64,000 bases of DNA from Candidatus Brockarchaeota archaeon. GTDB taxonomy: Archaea > Thermoproteota > EX4484-205 > JAAOZP01. The notes beneath the pieces were generated by a model. It saw nothing but the letters and a program-made list of their open reading frames with translations. It was not told where the DNA came from and searched no databases. The position numbers were made by a program, and so were the translations under genes. Location: NCBI GenBank assembly GCA_017601225.1, contig JAFNIX010000002.1, forward strand, positions 52,903 to 116,902, given 5' to 3'. Shown here one piece after another: positions 36,980-46,432 of this stretch (its first letter is position 1; each line of letters opens with the position of its first letter).

Positions 36980-39794
36980 GAGCCGCTCCCCCGGCTAGCT
37001 CAACCGTCACATAGTGGAGCTCAACCACATCTTCGACGCGCACCAGGATCCCGATATTCATCTTTCCGTCAACTCTCCAAACGAATACTCTTTTAACCTG
37101 ATGAGTATCACATAGCTCCAGGATCCTTTTGAGAGCCAGCTGAACCCCAGTCCAGTCATCATCGGAAATATATCTGGTGCTCCCGTAGTGGAAGGAGACA
37201 TCTGGGTTGACAGCAGTTGGCGAGAGCACCATTAAGCCTGCCTCCTCGAAAACCTTTACCAGTCTAGAGACCCGTTCCTCCTCGCTCTCCTCAGGCGGTG
37301 GCGGCGGGGCTTCGACTCCCGCGACCCTGGATAGGAAAGCCCGGAAGCTTTCCGCAACCGTTGAGCCTAAGCCAACATAATATTCCCCGCTGAAGTCTGC
37401 ACCCACGGTTGCGATGGTTCCAAGCTGGGTGACAACACCACCACCGGGCGCCGTATAAACAGGGATGAAGAACACGTCGTAGTCTCCAATCCTGTAGAAG
37501 ATCTGGTTCCCAACCCGGGGGTTTCTCAGAAGGGTTTTCAACGCGGCGTAATCCGGGTTTCGATCCAACGCCTCGTTTATAGCAGTCGGCCCCAAGAGCT
37601 TGGTCTCTGATTCAAGAGGCACCTTGAAGAAAAACATCTCACCTGTATGCGGGTAGTCGTTTCTAACCACCATGTATCCGGCGAGGTTTTCCCCTAGTGC
37701 TCCACGCAGCTCTAGCGACAGTATTCCTACAAACTCTAGCTCTTTGAAGCCATGGGGCTGGGCGATGATGTAATAAGTGTCTAGACCGCTTGGTACTATG
37801 TAGAACTCCTTGGCCGCGATGAAAGCTGAGGCGTCTGTGACATGGTAAAAATTATACATGGCGATCCTCCACTCGAAGAGTTCTTCAGGATACCTGATCT
37901 GGGTCTTTAACCATTCGGGCACGCTTGTTGAAACGTATTCGCCGTAGACTGTTTTAAACATCTGGCTGAAAAAGTCTTCACCGGTAATTATCAGCTGAAT
38001 CTCCCCGTGGTAAATATCTATCAAAGCGTACCCTACAAGCCTCCCAAAGTGGTTTCCACGGCTCCACGGCACTTTCCCGGCGTCCAGAAAAACCATGAGA
38101 GGCATTATCCAGAATGTTTGCTCACCATCGGTCACCGGCCATATGTCTATTCGGCGACCCCCGATTTCGTATATGAAATAGGGGAACAGTAGCTGCATCC
38201 GTTCGAAGACATCCCTATACCTGAGAACCCGCATGGTTGTTGCAGGATAGGAAAGCAGGAAGTTAGGCTCGAAAACCCAGCTTAGAGGTGGGGGGATTTC
38301 TACTCCTCCTCTGCCATCGTAGAAATAGCCACCTACTTCGTCGCTAACCGTTCTTCCAACCGGGTATGCAACCCATGTTTCCTGGAAGAGCCCTCCCTCC
38401 CCGTAGTAGATTCTCCTCTGGGGAAAGAACCTAGCGGCGTCGACGATTCTTCCAGTGTGAGCGTCAAGCATGAGGAAGCCGCTGGGCACATGCGTGTAGA
38501 CGAAGTGCATGGCATACCACCGGTCTTCCGGCCTGACTGTTTGAGGCAGAATGAGGTCCATTGAAGCACTCCAGTAGAGCGTCCCGTTGAAGCGGAGAAT
38601 ATCCGCGTCTGCGAAATCAATATAGGGGATTAAACCTATCTCTGGCCTCAGCTTGTCAAACGAGGCCTGCTGATCCCAGAGGCGTACTTTTTCCAAGAGC
38701 CCTCTGTTTTTCCTAACATAGTCATCGATCTGGCTTGGAGGGATGGATGATAAGCCGAACTCATATGGTACTTCAACGATCTTATCCAGCTCTGCGAGAT
38801 GCCTGTTCACGGAAATCGCTTGAGAAACATATGGGCCAAGCATCTCAAGTTTCCTTACGTTTGCAATCGTATTGTTGAAAACCATCATGGAGCCGACGGC
38901 TAGGCCGATTGCGAGAAGAACGCCTAGGCGAAGATATGCTTGCCGGCTATGTGAACCCGGGTGGAGTCCAGCCTCCTTACTCTTGTCCAGTATGGCGAAG
39001 AAGGCTAGAGCAATACTGGCGGCGGCAAGCCCCAGAATCAGATACCTAGTGTTGTAATCAATAAATGGGGTGAAGAAGCTGGTGAACGTGAGCCATGAAA
39101 CGACGACCGCGGCCAAGGCCTGCATGGTTGACACGAGTCTTCTCGGGCCCGGCATGCTTAAGCCCAACACGTAGGCTGCGAAAAGGGGTGCAGCCACGCG
39201 GATAATGTGAGTTGCCGCGAAAAGTATCAGGCGTATCCAGAGTGAGCGGAGCAGTGGTGGGGCTAGAAGAGTCAGAATTGGGATTAAGGGTATAACGTTA
39301 TCCTCAGCATAACTCTTGTCCAGCGGGGGGGTTGAGAAGGGAAGGCTGAACAACCGGGGGAATGCTTCAAAATTTGGGTTCCAGCCCATTATTACAGCGT
39401 TTAAAGACATGCCGAATATCACGTTTGTGAAGAAGATCGTTCCAACCAGCACTTTAGTAACCTGCCACATTAGGAACTTGAGAAGCGGCATTTTGAAGCT
39501 TTCGAAGTCGGGCAGCACTGGGGGGCCGGTTTCACCCGTGCCTATTGAACGGGCTAGCTTAACAATGAGCTTAATAATCCACCATGTTACGGATCTCCTG
39601 TTTTTAAAATCCACCCTGAACAGGGCTATGGTAGAGAGAACAAGCCCACCCAGAAAGCTGAAAAACAATGGTTTAAAGTATAGGTTTCCAAATTCCGATA
39701 GATTAAGCCAGAAAACCACGATTTCACGGCCTAGTAGACCAAGGAGGACTGAAACAACCACTAGTATTACCAATAGCCTGTATGTGAAACGCAT
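36966..39794 (-). CDS. UPF0182/COG1615-like large membrane protein (942 aa)
   Basis: About 7 N-terminal TM helices, then a ~600-aa soluble region rich in aromatic residues. Size and architecture match UPF0182 as recalled. No catalytic motif identified. Confidence 0.5.
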   Translation of the reverse strand: MRFTYRLLVILVVVSVLLGLLGREIVVFWLNLSEFGNLYFKPLFFSFLGGLVLSTIALFRVDFKNRRSVTWWIIKLIVKLARSIGTGETGPPVLPDFESFKMPLLKFLMWQVTKVLVGTIFFTNVIFGMSLNAVIMGWNPNFEAFPRLFSLPFSTPPLDKSYAEDNVIPLIPILTLLAPPLLRSLWIRLILFAATHIIRVAAPLFAAYVLGLSMPGPRRLVSTMQALAAVVVSWLTFTSFFTPFIDYNTRYLILGLAAASIALAFFAILDKSKEAGLHPGSHSRQAYLRLGVLLAIGLAVGSMMVFNNTIANVRKLEMLGPYVSQAISVNRHLAELDKIVEVPYEFGLSSIPPSQIDDYVRKNRGLLEKVRLWDQQASFDKLRPEIGLIPYIDFADADILRFNGTLYWSASMDLILPQTVRPEDRWYAMHFVYTHVPSGFLMLDAHTGRIVDAARFFPQRRIYYGEGGLFQETWVAYPVGRTVSDEVGGYFYDGRGGVEIPPPLSWVFEPNFLLSYPATTMRVLRYRDVFERMQLLFPYFIYEIGGRRIDIWPVTDGEQTFWIMPLMVFLDAGKVPWSRGNHFGRLVGYALIDIYHGEIQLIITGEDFFSQMFKTVYGEYVSTSVPEWLKTQIRYPEELFEWRIAMYNFYHVTDASAFIAAKEFYIVPSGLDTYYIIAQPHGFKELEFVGILSLELRGALGENLAGYMVVRNDYPHTGEMFFFKVPLESETKLLGPTAINEALDRNPDYAALKTLLRNPRVGNQIFYRIGDYDVFFIPVYTAPGGGVVTQLGTIATVGADFSGEYYVGLGSTVAESFRAFLSRVAGVEAPPPPPEESEEERVSRLVKVFEEAGLMVLSPTAVNPDVSFHYGSTRYISDDDWTGVQLALKRILELCDTHQVKRVFVWRVDGKMNIGILVRVEDVVELHYVTVELAGGAAHETG

Positions 39795-40134
39795 TTAACG
39801 TAAACCACTCCGCACCACCATATTTAAACTTTTTACGGTAAACGTCCCCACGTTTTCTCATAGCCATAGGGACAAGTATTTCGCGCAAATATGGATCGTG
39901 GGGAAAGCTTTTGAGAAAGAGTTGGACACAGCATATTCACGTAAAGAGAATCGATATTGAAGAAAAAAGGCGCATATTCGCAATCATGAGAGAAAAATCA
40001 ATAAGGCTTAAGCGTTATTACAACCTGGTTGTTAAACCCATCTCAGCGAACAATGGCTCAGCATAAGCCTTTCAACAGCATTATTAACCATCTGCTCGTC
40101 CACCATGCAGTAGTGCACATCAGATGTTAAGGCT

Positions 40135-40644
40135 TCATAAGATAGCGCTCCCAGCCAAAAGAATAACTAGGATTGCAGCAGTATGCAATATTCCTACTAT
40201 GGCTGAAAATTCTCTCGGCGAAACATTTCTTATTAAAGCAAGTAATGAAACACCGATTTCTGTTGGGAGAGGAGAAGCAATGAAGAGGCAGGCTGAGAAC
40301 CCGAGAAGGATTTTTCCAACCCGGCTTGGCATAGTTTTCCCAGCAGCCTTAACAAATCTCTCCTTTGAAAGCTTTTGAACCTCAACGCTGAAAACATGTC
40401 TTACAAAATAAAATATGGTGAGGTCGCCTAGCAAGGCGCCGAAACCAGCGGTGAGCCAAGCGGAAAGCAGGCTGTGTTCTTCAGCAAGGATCAGCAATAT
40501 GGAGGCTGCCGGTGCAGCCGTGAAGGAGTAAGCGTATAGAAAACCTGCTAAAAATGTTCCGAAATATCCTAGGCTAATCAGCATGTCGTGAAGGGGAGCA
40601 TAAGATCTTTCCGCGAACAGGGCAAATGCTATCACATAGCTCAA
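40135..40644 (-). CDS. Small polytopic membrane protein (169 aa), possibly DedA/VTT-like
   Basis: 4-5 hydrophobic helices and a GALLGDLTIFYFVRH motif. Family assignment is weak. Confidence 0.45.
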   Translation of the reverse strand: MSYVIAFALFAERSYAPLHDMLISLGYFGTFLAGFLYAYSFTAAPAASILLILAEEHSLLSAWLTAGFGALLGDLTIFYFVRHVFSVEVQKLSKERFVKAAGKTMPSRVGKILLGFSACLFIASPLPTEIGVSLLALIRNVSPREFSAIVGILHTAAILVILLAGSAIL

Positions 40645-40769
40645 AACGAGCAGTAGAAGCTTGGGATACTTTACTCTAGATCGAATATATCCGGAGCCCC
40701 GGCTTAAAATGTGCCACTCACCTCAAGATTTCCATTATGATTCGCCTATAAATATTTTTCTTTGGCAGA

Positions 40770-40964
40770 CTAAGAGCCGAATTTCTCCACAGCATATAGC
40801 TTGTCTTCCAAGTAACAGTAATGGTGGAAACAAGTTTTCCAAAAAGTAATAGTCTTAAAAACCGATACGACTTTATCGGCCAGCTCCCTTTCAATAATAC
40901 TCACGAATTCATTGACAGAATTTTCATAATCCGCTCTACTTACCGTGTGCTGGACACGTACCAT
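40770..40964 (-). CDS. Hypothetical protein (64 aa)
   Basis: ORF only. Confidence 0.25.
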   Translation of the reverse strand: MVRVQHTVSRADYENSVNEFVSIIERELADKVVSVFKTITFWKTCFHHYCYLEDKLYAVEKFGS

Positions 40965-41146
40965 GAAACACCTTCTTAAGTCTAATAAAGCTGTCGTTAG
41001 CCATCCCCTATTTCAAAAATACCTGAAGGGTTTGAAACATATGGAAGGTTAAAATGCTTAGAATACGACTTAGACCCGCACTAATGTAAAAACCTTATGT
41101 TTCAAAACAGGCAAAGGTTTAAGTTAAGAATAATGACTTTAGTTCT

Positions 41147-43117
41147 ATGGAAGGCGAAATCCCCGGCCTGATTAGCGGGACGCAGATACATGTTGTTGGA
41201 AAAGATCCTGTCGTCAGTTTCGCAGCCGAAGAGCTGTCCCGATATCTTGAAAAAATGACGGGTTTGAAACATCATGTGGAAAAAATAGATGTCTATAGGG
41301 GTGAAGAGGGTATTTGCTTGGGTCTGCCGAAAGACCTTATGCTTAGCGGTGTTAACCTCGCCGTCAGCGAAGACGAGGTGAGGGACACGATAATCCTGAA
41401 GACGGTGGGGCGATGCTTATTTATTTCCGGTTCCAACCCTAGGAGCATCCTATTCGCCTCATACTACTATTTGAAGCTGCACGGGGCGGAATGGCTATGG
41501 CCGGGTGAAGATGGAGAAGTGTTGCCCAGAATTAAGAATGCAAGGATAGACGGCTTCGACATTAAGGAAACGGCTTCATATGACCATCGGGGCGTATGTA
41601 TTGAAGGGGCTGTAACACCTGAGATGGTTATAGACTTCGTAGACTGGATGGCTAAGCAGAGACTCAACGAGTTCTTCCTACAGTTCAAAACGTCGCGCTA
41701 TTTCTACAACAGGTATTACGCTAGAAAATACAATCCGATGGCGGAACCCTCTCCAGAGCTGTCTGTGGAGGAGGCTCTAAGACAGGATGATAGAATAATA
41801 GCGGAGTTGAAGAAAAGAGGCATGGTTGTAGAACGCGTAGGCCACGGTTGGACATGCGAGTCAATCGGCATTCAAGGCCTCGGATGGGATCCTGAAAAAG
41901 ACCCTGTTAAGGATGAGCAAAGACAGCTTCTGGCCCTAGTAAACGGGAGAAGGGAGCTGTTCGGCGGGATTGCGGTTAACACGGAGCTATGCTACTCGAA
42001 CCCGAAGGCGTTTCAGACGATCGTCGACCATGTTGTTCAATACGCCTTGGAACATCCTGAGGTGGACATACTTCACTTCTGGCTCTCAGACGGAATGAAC
42101 AATCACTGTGAATGCCCAGAATGCCGGGAAATGTCTCCGTCCGACTGGTATTCTAAGCTTGTAAACGCTGTGTCACACAGGCTTGGAGAATTAAACTGTA
42201 AGACGAGGATCGTATTCCTATGCTATTCAAACACCCTATGGGCTCCAACCAAGGAGTTTGTCGACAATAAGTATGGGAACACAATCTTCATGTTCGCGCC
42301 AATAAGCCGTTGCTATCTTCATCCTCTCGCCGACGAGAAATGTTCAGAACAATACTCCCTTACAGAGCCTCCGAGGAACAGAATAGTTCCGCCTAGGACA
42401 AACCGTGAGTTCATCCAGCTGCTCAGGGCCTGGCAGAAAACGTTGAAGTCAGACAGCTTTCTGTTCGACTACCACTTCTGGTTCGCATACGGCTTCGACT
42501 TCCTGAAAGGAGATATTGGAAAAATCCTGTGGCAAGACCTGCGTGATCTGGATAAAATCGGGTTAAACGGTCTACTTTCCTGTCAAACCCTGCGTGCCTT
42601 CTACCCGACGGGGGTTAACATGAAGATACTTGCTGAAACGCTTTGGAATAAAAACGCCAGTCTAGAGGACGTGAAGAAAAACTATCTTCAAGCAGCGTTC
42701 GGCAGTTCAGCGGAATTCGTTTCAGAATACTTGGAGAAGATCTATTCGTTTATCGATACAAGCAACTATGAGCACAGGGAATACTTGTCGAAACCGGAAA
42801 ACTTGGAGAAACTGCTTGAGTTCGTTAAAAAGAGTAGAAAACAGATTGAGAAAATCGCGCAGAACAGTGATGAACCGGTTCAAAAAAGGTCCGCTACCAT
42901 TCTCCTCCACCACAATACTTTCATCACGCTTGTTCTCGAGGCTATTGAACAGTATGTTCAGGAAAACTATGGGAAGGCGCTTGAATCAATGAGGAAAGCG
43001 TTAAACCATTTCCTGTCAACCGAAGACGAGTTTGTTAAGATCGTCGACGTATTCATAGTAAGTCTAGTAATAAACCGGCTTTCCTCAGCAATCCAGTCTA
43101 AGAAACTATTCACATAG
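41147..43117 (+). CDS. DUF4838-like putative glycoside-hydrolase-related protein (656 aa)
   Basis: N-terminal motif VSFAAEELSRYLEKMTG, recalled from the GH20/GH67-like N-domains of DUF4838 proteins. It has a central TIM-barrel-like region and a CECPEC motif (nt 42107-42124). Confidence 0.5.
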   Translation: MEGEIPGLISGTQIHVVGKDPVVSFAAEELSRYLEKMTGLKHHVEKIDVYRGEEGICLGLPKDLMLSGVNLAVSEDEVRDTIILKTVGRCLFISGSNPRSILFASYYYLKLHGAEWLWPGEDGEVLPRIKNARIDGFDIKETASYDHRGVCIEGAVTPEMVIDFVDWMAKQRLNEFFLQFKTSRYFYNRYYARKYNPMAEPSPELSVEEALRQDDRIIAELKKRGMVVERVGHGWTCESIGIQGLGWDPEKDPVKDEQRQLLALVNGRRELFGGIAVNTELCYSNPKAFQTIVDHVVQYALEHPEVDILHFWLSDGMNNHCECPECREMSPSDWYSKLVNAVSHRLGELNCKTRIVFLCYSNTLWAPTKEFVDNKYGNTIFMFAPISRCYLHPLADEKCSEQYSLTEPPRNRIVPPRTNREFIQLLRAWQKTLKSDSFLFDYHFWFAYGFDFLKGDIGKILWQDLRDLDKIGLNGLLSCQTLRAFYPTGVNMKILAETLWNKNASLEDVKKNYLQAAFGSSAEFVSEYLEKIYSFIDTSNYEHREYLSKPENLEKLLEFVKKSRKQIEKIAQNSDEPVQKRSATILLHHNTFITLVLEAIEQYVQENYGKALESMRKALNHFLSTEDEFVKIVDVFIVSLVINRLSSAIQSKKLFT

Positions 43118-43133
43118 GGCCTGTATCAAAAAG

Positions 43134-43331
43134 TTAACGGATTAATCCATCCTGTCGCTTTTTATCCCAATATAATCCTTTCTGAATCAGCTCATCCAAC
43201 AGTTTTAACAATCTAATCCTAAGATTTGCATTTTCTTTTTTGGATTGAAGTGGAAACGAAAAAAGTATATGCTGGGAGTCCTTTCTTAAGGGGATAGTAG
43301 AGTATAAATCGCATCTTAGGAGATTACTCAA
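43134..43331 (-). pseudogene. Degenerate 3' fragment of a TATA-box-binding protein (TBP) gene
   Basis: Translation ...HILFSFPLQSKKENANLRIRLLKLLDELIQKGLYWDKKRQDGLIR* aligns with the second fragment (VILLFASGKLVCTGA.CNEKMVYDAVEKLMAELIQKGLLIR*). It has an internal deletion of the SGK.V.TG core and shares a 23-nt near-identical stretch with that fragment. Confidence 0.45.
43172..43194. repeat. Direct repeat copy 1: ATAATCCTTTCTGAATCAGCTCA
   Basis: 22 of 23 nt identical to 45697-45719 in the same orientation. It encodes ELIQKGL on the minus strand. Confidence 0.8.
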
Positions 43332-43433
43332 TAGAACACGTAATGGAAGGATAAACTTCCCCTATCGCTGAGATCGGGTCAGGGCGCGAGCTAACGCTTA
43401 TAAGCTCCATGATGAAAAAACTACGACGATCCC

Positions 43434-44300
43434 ATGGAATGCAGATCCCTAGTGTCTCTCGCCTCGATCCTGTTAGTACTCTCGGTTAGCTTCTCCACGT
43501 CTTTCTCCCAGAAGCCCTTTACCGTCAAAAAGGCGATGCTGACGATCTATAGGGATGGGAACGTTTGCGTTGAGGTGGAACTCTCCATCGATGAATCAGA
43601 ATTTTCAATCATGCTCCCGCTCCTAACATCCTCGGACAAGGTCTGGGAGATCATTGTTCTCAACGGAACAGGTGTCCTGCTGGACTACGAGCTAAACGAT
43701 TACAATATAACCATATACTCCCTAGGTTCCACAGACTTGACGCTTGAGTACTACACCTCCGCCCTTACCTTTAAGGAAGCTGACCTCTGGACCATCAAGT
43801 TCAGCTCACCATTCGAGCTTACAGTGGAGTTTCCGGTGAATGCAACAATCATCTACTTCAACAGGGTTCCCTCCGCCATAAGAACCAAGGACGGGGTAAT
43901 CTCCCTCGATCTTCAACCGGGGGAATGGGAGATCAGCTATCATATTCCGATAGCATCGTCCCAGCCCCCTACCCCTGGTTCACAGTCTGACCAAAAAACC
44001 ACACAACCCTTGCCTATTTTGCAGACAGGCATAATCGTCATCGCTGTCTCCGTATCCGCTTTAGTTATAGCCTTTGCCGTTATCAAGGGTAAGAAGGGGT
44101 TTAGGGGGCTAAGCGGTGAGGAGGCCGAGATAGTGCAGTACCTAATGGAAAGGGGAGGAAGGGCCCTTGAGGCCGAGCTCAGGGAAAGATTTCCCTACAT
44201 ACCTAGGACAAGCATGTGGCGCATGATAAGGCGCCTGGAGAAAAAGGGCATCGTCAGCGTGAGGAAGGTAGGTCTACAAAACGTCGTTGAGCTCAAGTAG
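43434..44300 (+). CDS. Membrane-tethered winged-helix protein with extracellular N-terminal domain (COG2512-like)
   Basis: Signal-like N-terminus, a ~170-aa beta-rich ectodomain with sequons, a Pro/Gln/Ser linker, and a TM (GIIVIAVSVSALVIAFAVI). The cytoplasmic wHTH is IVQYLMERGGRALEAELRERFPYIPRTSMWRMIRRLEKKGIVSVRKVG. Confidence 0.65.
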   Translation: MECRSLVSLASILLVLSVSFSTSFSQKPFTVKKAMLTIYRDGNVCVEVELSIDESEFSIMLPLLTSSDKVWEIIVLNGTGVLLDYELNDYNITIYSLGSTDLTLEYYTSALTFKEADLWTIKFSSPFELTVEFPVNATIIYFNRVPSAIRTKDGVISLDLQPGEWEISYHIPIASSQPPTPGSQSDQKTTQPLPILQTGIIVIAVSVSALVIAFAVIKGKKGFRGLSGEEAEIVQYLMERGGRALEAELRERFPYIPRTSMWRMIRRLEKKGIVSVRKVGLQNVVELK

Positions 44301-44452
44301 GAAAAGGCGATTAATTTACTGACCATTCTAAGGATCGACTAATCTGAGGACCCGAAAAATGCCTTTTTCTCAACGTTTCTGGCACTGAAACGCCGCGTTT
44401 CAAAGTATTCCTTAAGTACGATTTCTTTTCATCAGGTACCAGGTGATGCGAG

Positions 44453-45448
44453 ATGGCGTGGAAAAAGGCGATCTATGCACCTGTGATATGCGTGCTGATG
44501 ATACTATCCTTAACCCCTGTTGCAATACCCCTGTCTCCGAACCCCGAAGAATCTGGCAACCTGGCTGAAAAGGCTGGAAGGATACTCTCCGTAACGGAAT
44601 CGGCTAAGAATGCAGTACAGAGGCTGATAACCTATGTTGAAGAAAACGAGACCGCAACAGCCCTCATTGAGAAAATGGGTTTAATGGATGATTTTGAAGG
44701 CAACATAACGCGATTTGAAGATGGTGTTTCAATCCTTGAGGATGCACGTGGTTCCTTCGAGAAAGGAAACTATGAGGATGCCATATCTAAAGCGATGGAG
44801 GTGCTAGCGATATTCAGGGAAGTCTTTAGAAACATCAACAGGATCCTCTGCTCCGCGAAAATCAAAAGTCACGAGATCATGGATGGACAGGGCCTCATCG
44901 TAGCCATGAACACGGCTTTAAACAGGGTCGAGAGGCTGGAAAAGCTTGCAGAAGCCCTTAATGAAAAAGGCGTTGATGTGAGCGACGTTATGGGGCTATT
45001 GAATCAAGCCAGAGGAAAATTAAACATCGATGAGGCGAGGAAGCTAATCGAACAAGGAGACGTCTCAACCGTCGCGCGCAACCTTGCAGAGGCCAACAGG
45101 CTCATCGCAGAGGCTTCGCGCATACTGAATGCAAAAAACAGGAGACTAATCGCCGAGAGGATAAAGCAATACCTTGAGCGCTTGCGAGCCAAGGTTAGGG
45201 AAAGGCTCCGGGAGATGGGCGTTACCGAGGAGGAGCTCTTTAGAGGTTGGAACTTCGAGGAGTTCTGGAGCACGCAGTGGGAAGCGTTAGAGAGGATCCG
45301 AAGCCGCATAGAGGAGAGGAGATTCAACGATATACTATCCGATTTGAGGGAGCTCGGGAGGAAAATCAACGAGTTCAGACACGAGTTAGAATTTAGAATT
45401 CAGCAGCGTAAGGGTACGCCTGGACCTAAACAAGGGAATAAGCCCTAG
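44453..45448 (+). CDS. Secreted or N-terminally anchored coiled-coil protein (331 aa)
   Basis: Hydrophobic N-terminus (VICVLMILSLTPVAI), then long heptad-like charged helices. No family recognised. Confidence 0.55.
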   Translation: MAWKKAIYAPVICVLMILSLTPVAIPLSPNPEESGNLAEKAGRILSVTESAKNAVQRLITYVEENETATALIEKMGLMDDFEGNITRFEDGVSILEDARGSFEKGNYEDAISKAMEVLAIFREVFRNINRILCSAKIKSHEIMDGQGLIVAMNTALNRVERLEKLAEALNEKGVDVSDVMGLLNQARGKLNIDEARKLIEQGDVSTVARNLAEANRLIAEASRILNAKNRRLIAERIKQYLERLRAKVRERLREMGVTEEELFRGWNFEEFWSTQWEALERIRSRIEERRFNDILSDLRELGRKINEFRHELEFRIQQRKGTPGPKQGNKP

Positions 45449-45685
45449 CTAAGTGAACAGGGATCCTTCCCCCTCTCCCATGCTACACCTTACCCAAGCC
45501 CCCTTGCTCAAAAATTTAGGTGGGAAATATTATATTTTTACCATTTACTTTCTAACCGTACTCCTATGGATGATAATACTCGGTTTAGCGCGCGCCAATG
45601 TAATAAACCTCTCCGAAATCCTCGAATAACATATAAACAGGAAGACTGAATAAGGAGTAATATTGTTCGGCCAACGTATGCTTTT

Positions 45686-45825
45686 TTATCTAATCAATAA
45701 TCCTTTCTGTATCAGCTCAGCCATGAGTTTCTCAACAGCATCATATACCATCTTCTCATTACAGCGCCGGTGCAAACAAGTTTCCCAGAAGCAAATAAAA
45801 GTATAACTACGTCTGGATCATGCAT
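45686..45825 (-). pseudogene. Truncated, frameshifted 3' fragment of a TBP gene
   Basis: Minus-strand translation gives MHDPDVVILLFASGKLVCTGA, the hallmark TBP repeat motif (L)(I/L)F.SGK.V.TGA. After a 1-nt frame change near 45761-45768 it continues as CNEKMVYDAVEKLMAELIQKGLLIR*. Only about 46 codons are present and nothing TBP-like lies upstream. Confidence 0.7.
45697..45719. repeat. Direct repeat copy 2: ATAATCCTTTCTGTATCAGCTCA
   Basis: 22 of 23 nt identical to 43172-43194. Confidence 0.8.
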
Positions 45826-45838
45826 CCTATATATTAGG

Positions 45839-46212
45839 TTAGTGTCTTTCTATTATTCTTATGCGTTTACGAGTTACTATTATTAGTTTACCTGTATGCT
45901 TTGACAAGTCCAATTCTTGAATCAGCTTATTCATCGCTCTTATTAGTTCGACTGGTGTCGGCGGCTTATGCGTAATAGTATTACTGTCAGCATCCCCTTG
46001 TATAGCTTGTGATAGATGTATCCGAAGTCCTTGTCAAAAGTCACTATGATAAGCTTCTTACTTACTGCATACTCGGCTACAACAGTGTCCTTTGCTCCTT
46101 TAAGCCCTACGTCGCTAAGCCTGTAGGCGGTAAATCCTGCAAGCCTAATGGCGTCTCTAAGCGATACTGGAAGGTTTTCGTCAATAAGGAAAGCAGGCTT
46201 ACTCGAGTGCAA
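45839..46212 (-). pseudogene. DUF5615-family (Mut7-C/PIN-like) toxin gene interrupted by a frameshift
   Basis: The ORF-track frame (45943-46212) gives FLIDENLPVSLRDAIRLAGF...IIVTFDKDFG...TVILLRISRRHQSN*. A shifted frame continues without stops as PPTPVELIRAMNKLIQELDLSKHTGKLIIVTRKRIRIIERH* to 45839, restoring the family-typical C-terminus and length (~124 aa). The shift is near 45957-45965. Confidence 0.6.
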
Positions 46213-46432
46213 GCAGTATCTCTTTCTCCGTCAGCCTAGCTGCATAAAGCAAAGCAGCCTTAACATCCTCTAAGGAAAGCTCAGGGTACTCTTTAACTAT
46301 TTCTTCAGGCCTCATTCCGTTTGCCACGAGCTCAAGTATCAAGGCCACCGGGATCCTAGTACCCTTAATAACTGGTTTACCACCCAGCTTCTCCACGTCG
46401 ACTTCAATCCTTTCGAGTAAAGGCTCAGCCAT
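46199..46432 (-). CDS. DUF433-family antitoxin-like protein
   Basis: GGKPVIKGTRIPVALILELVANGMRPEEIVKEYPELSLEDVKAALLYA is the canonical DUF433 pattern. It overlaps the downstream DUF5615 gene by 14 nt. Confidence 0.8.
   Translation of the reverse strand: MAEPLLERIEVDVEKLGGKPVIKGTRIPVALILELVANGMRPEEIVKEYPELSLEDVKAALLYAARLTEKEILLALE

Noticed and set aside
43172-45719. The 23-nt repeats as CRISPR repeats or terminal inverted repeats of an IS element
   Set aside because: There are only two copies 2.5 kb apart. They are direct rather than inverted, they lie inside homologous protein-coding remnants, and no transposase or cas gene is present.
45911-45928. Third partial copy of the TBP-fragment repeat (TTCTTGAATCAGCT)
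   Set aside because: It lies in the restored reading frame of the DUF5615 C-terminus, where it encodes KLIQEL. The short similarity is explained by similar codons for L-I-Q rather than by a third TBP fragment.
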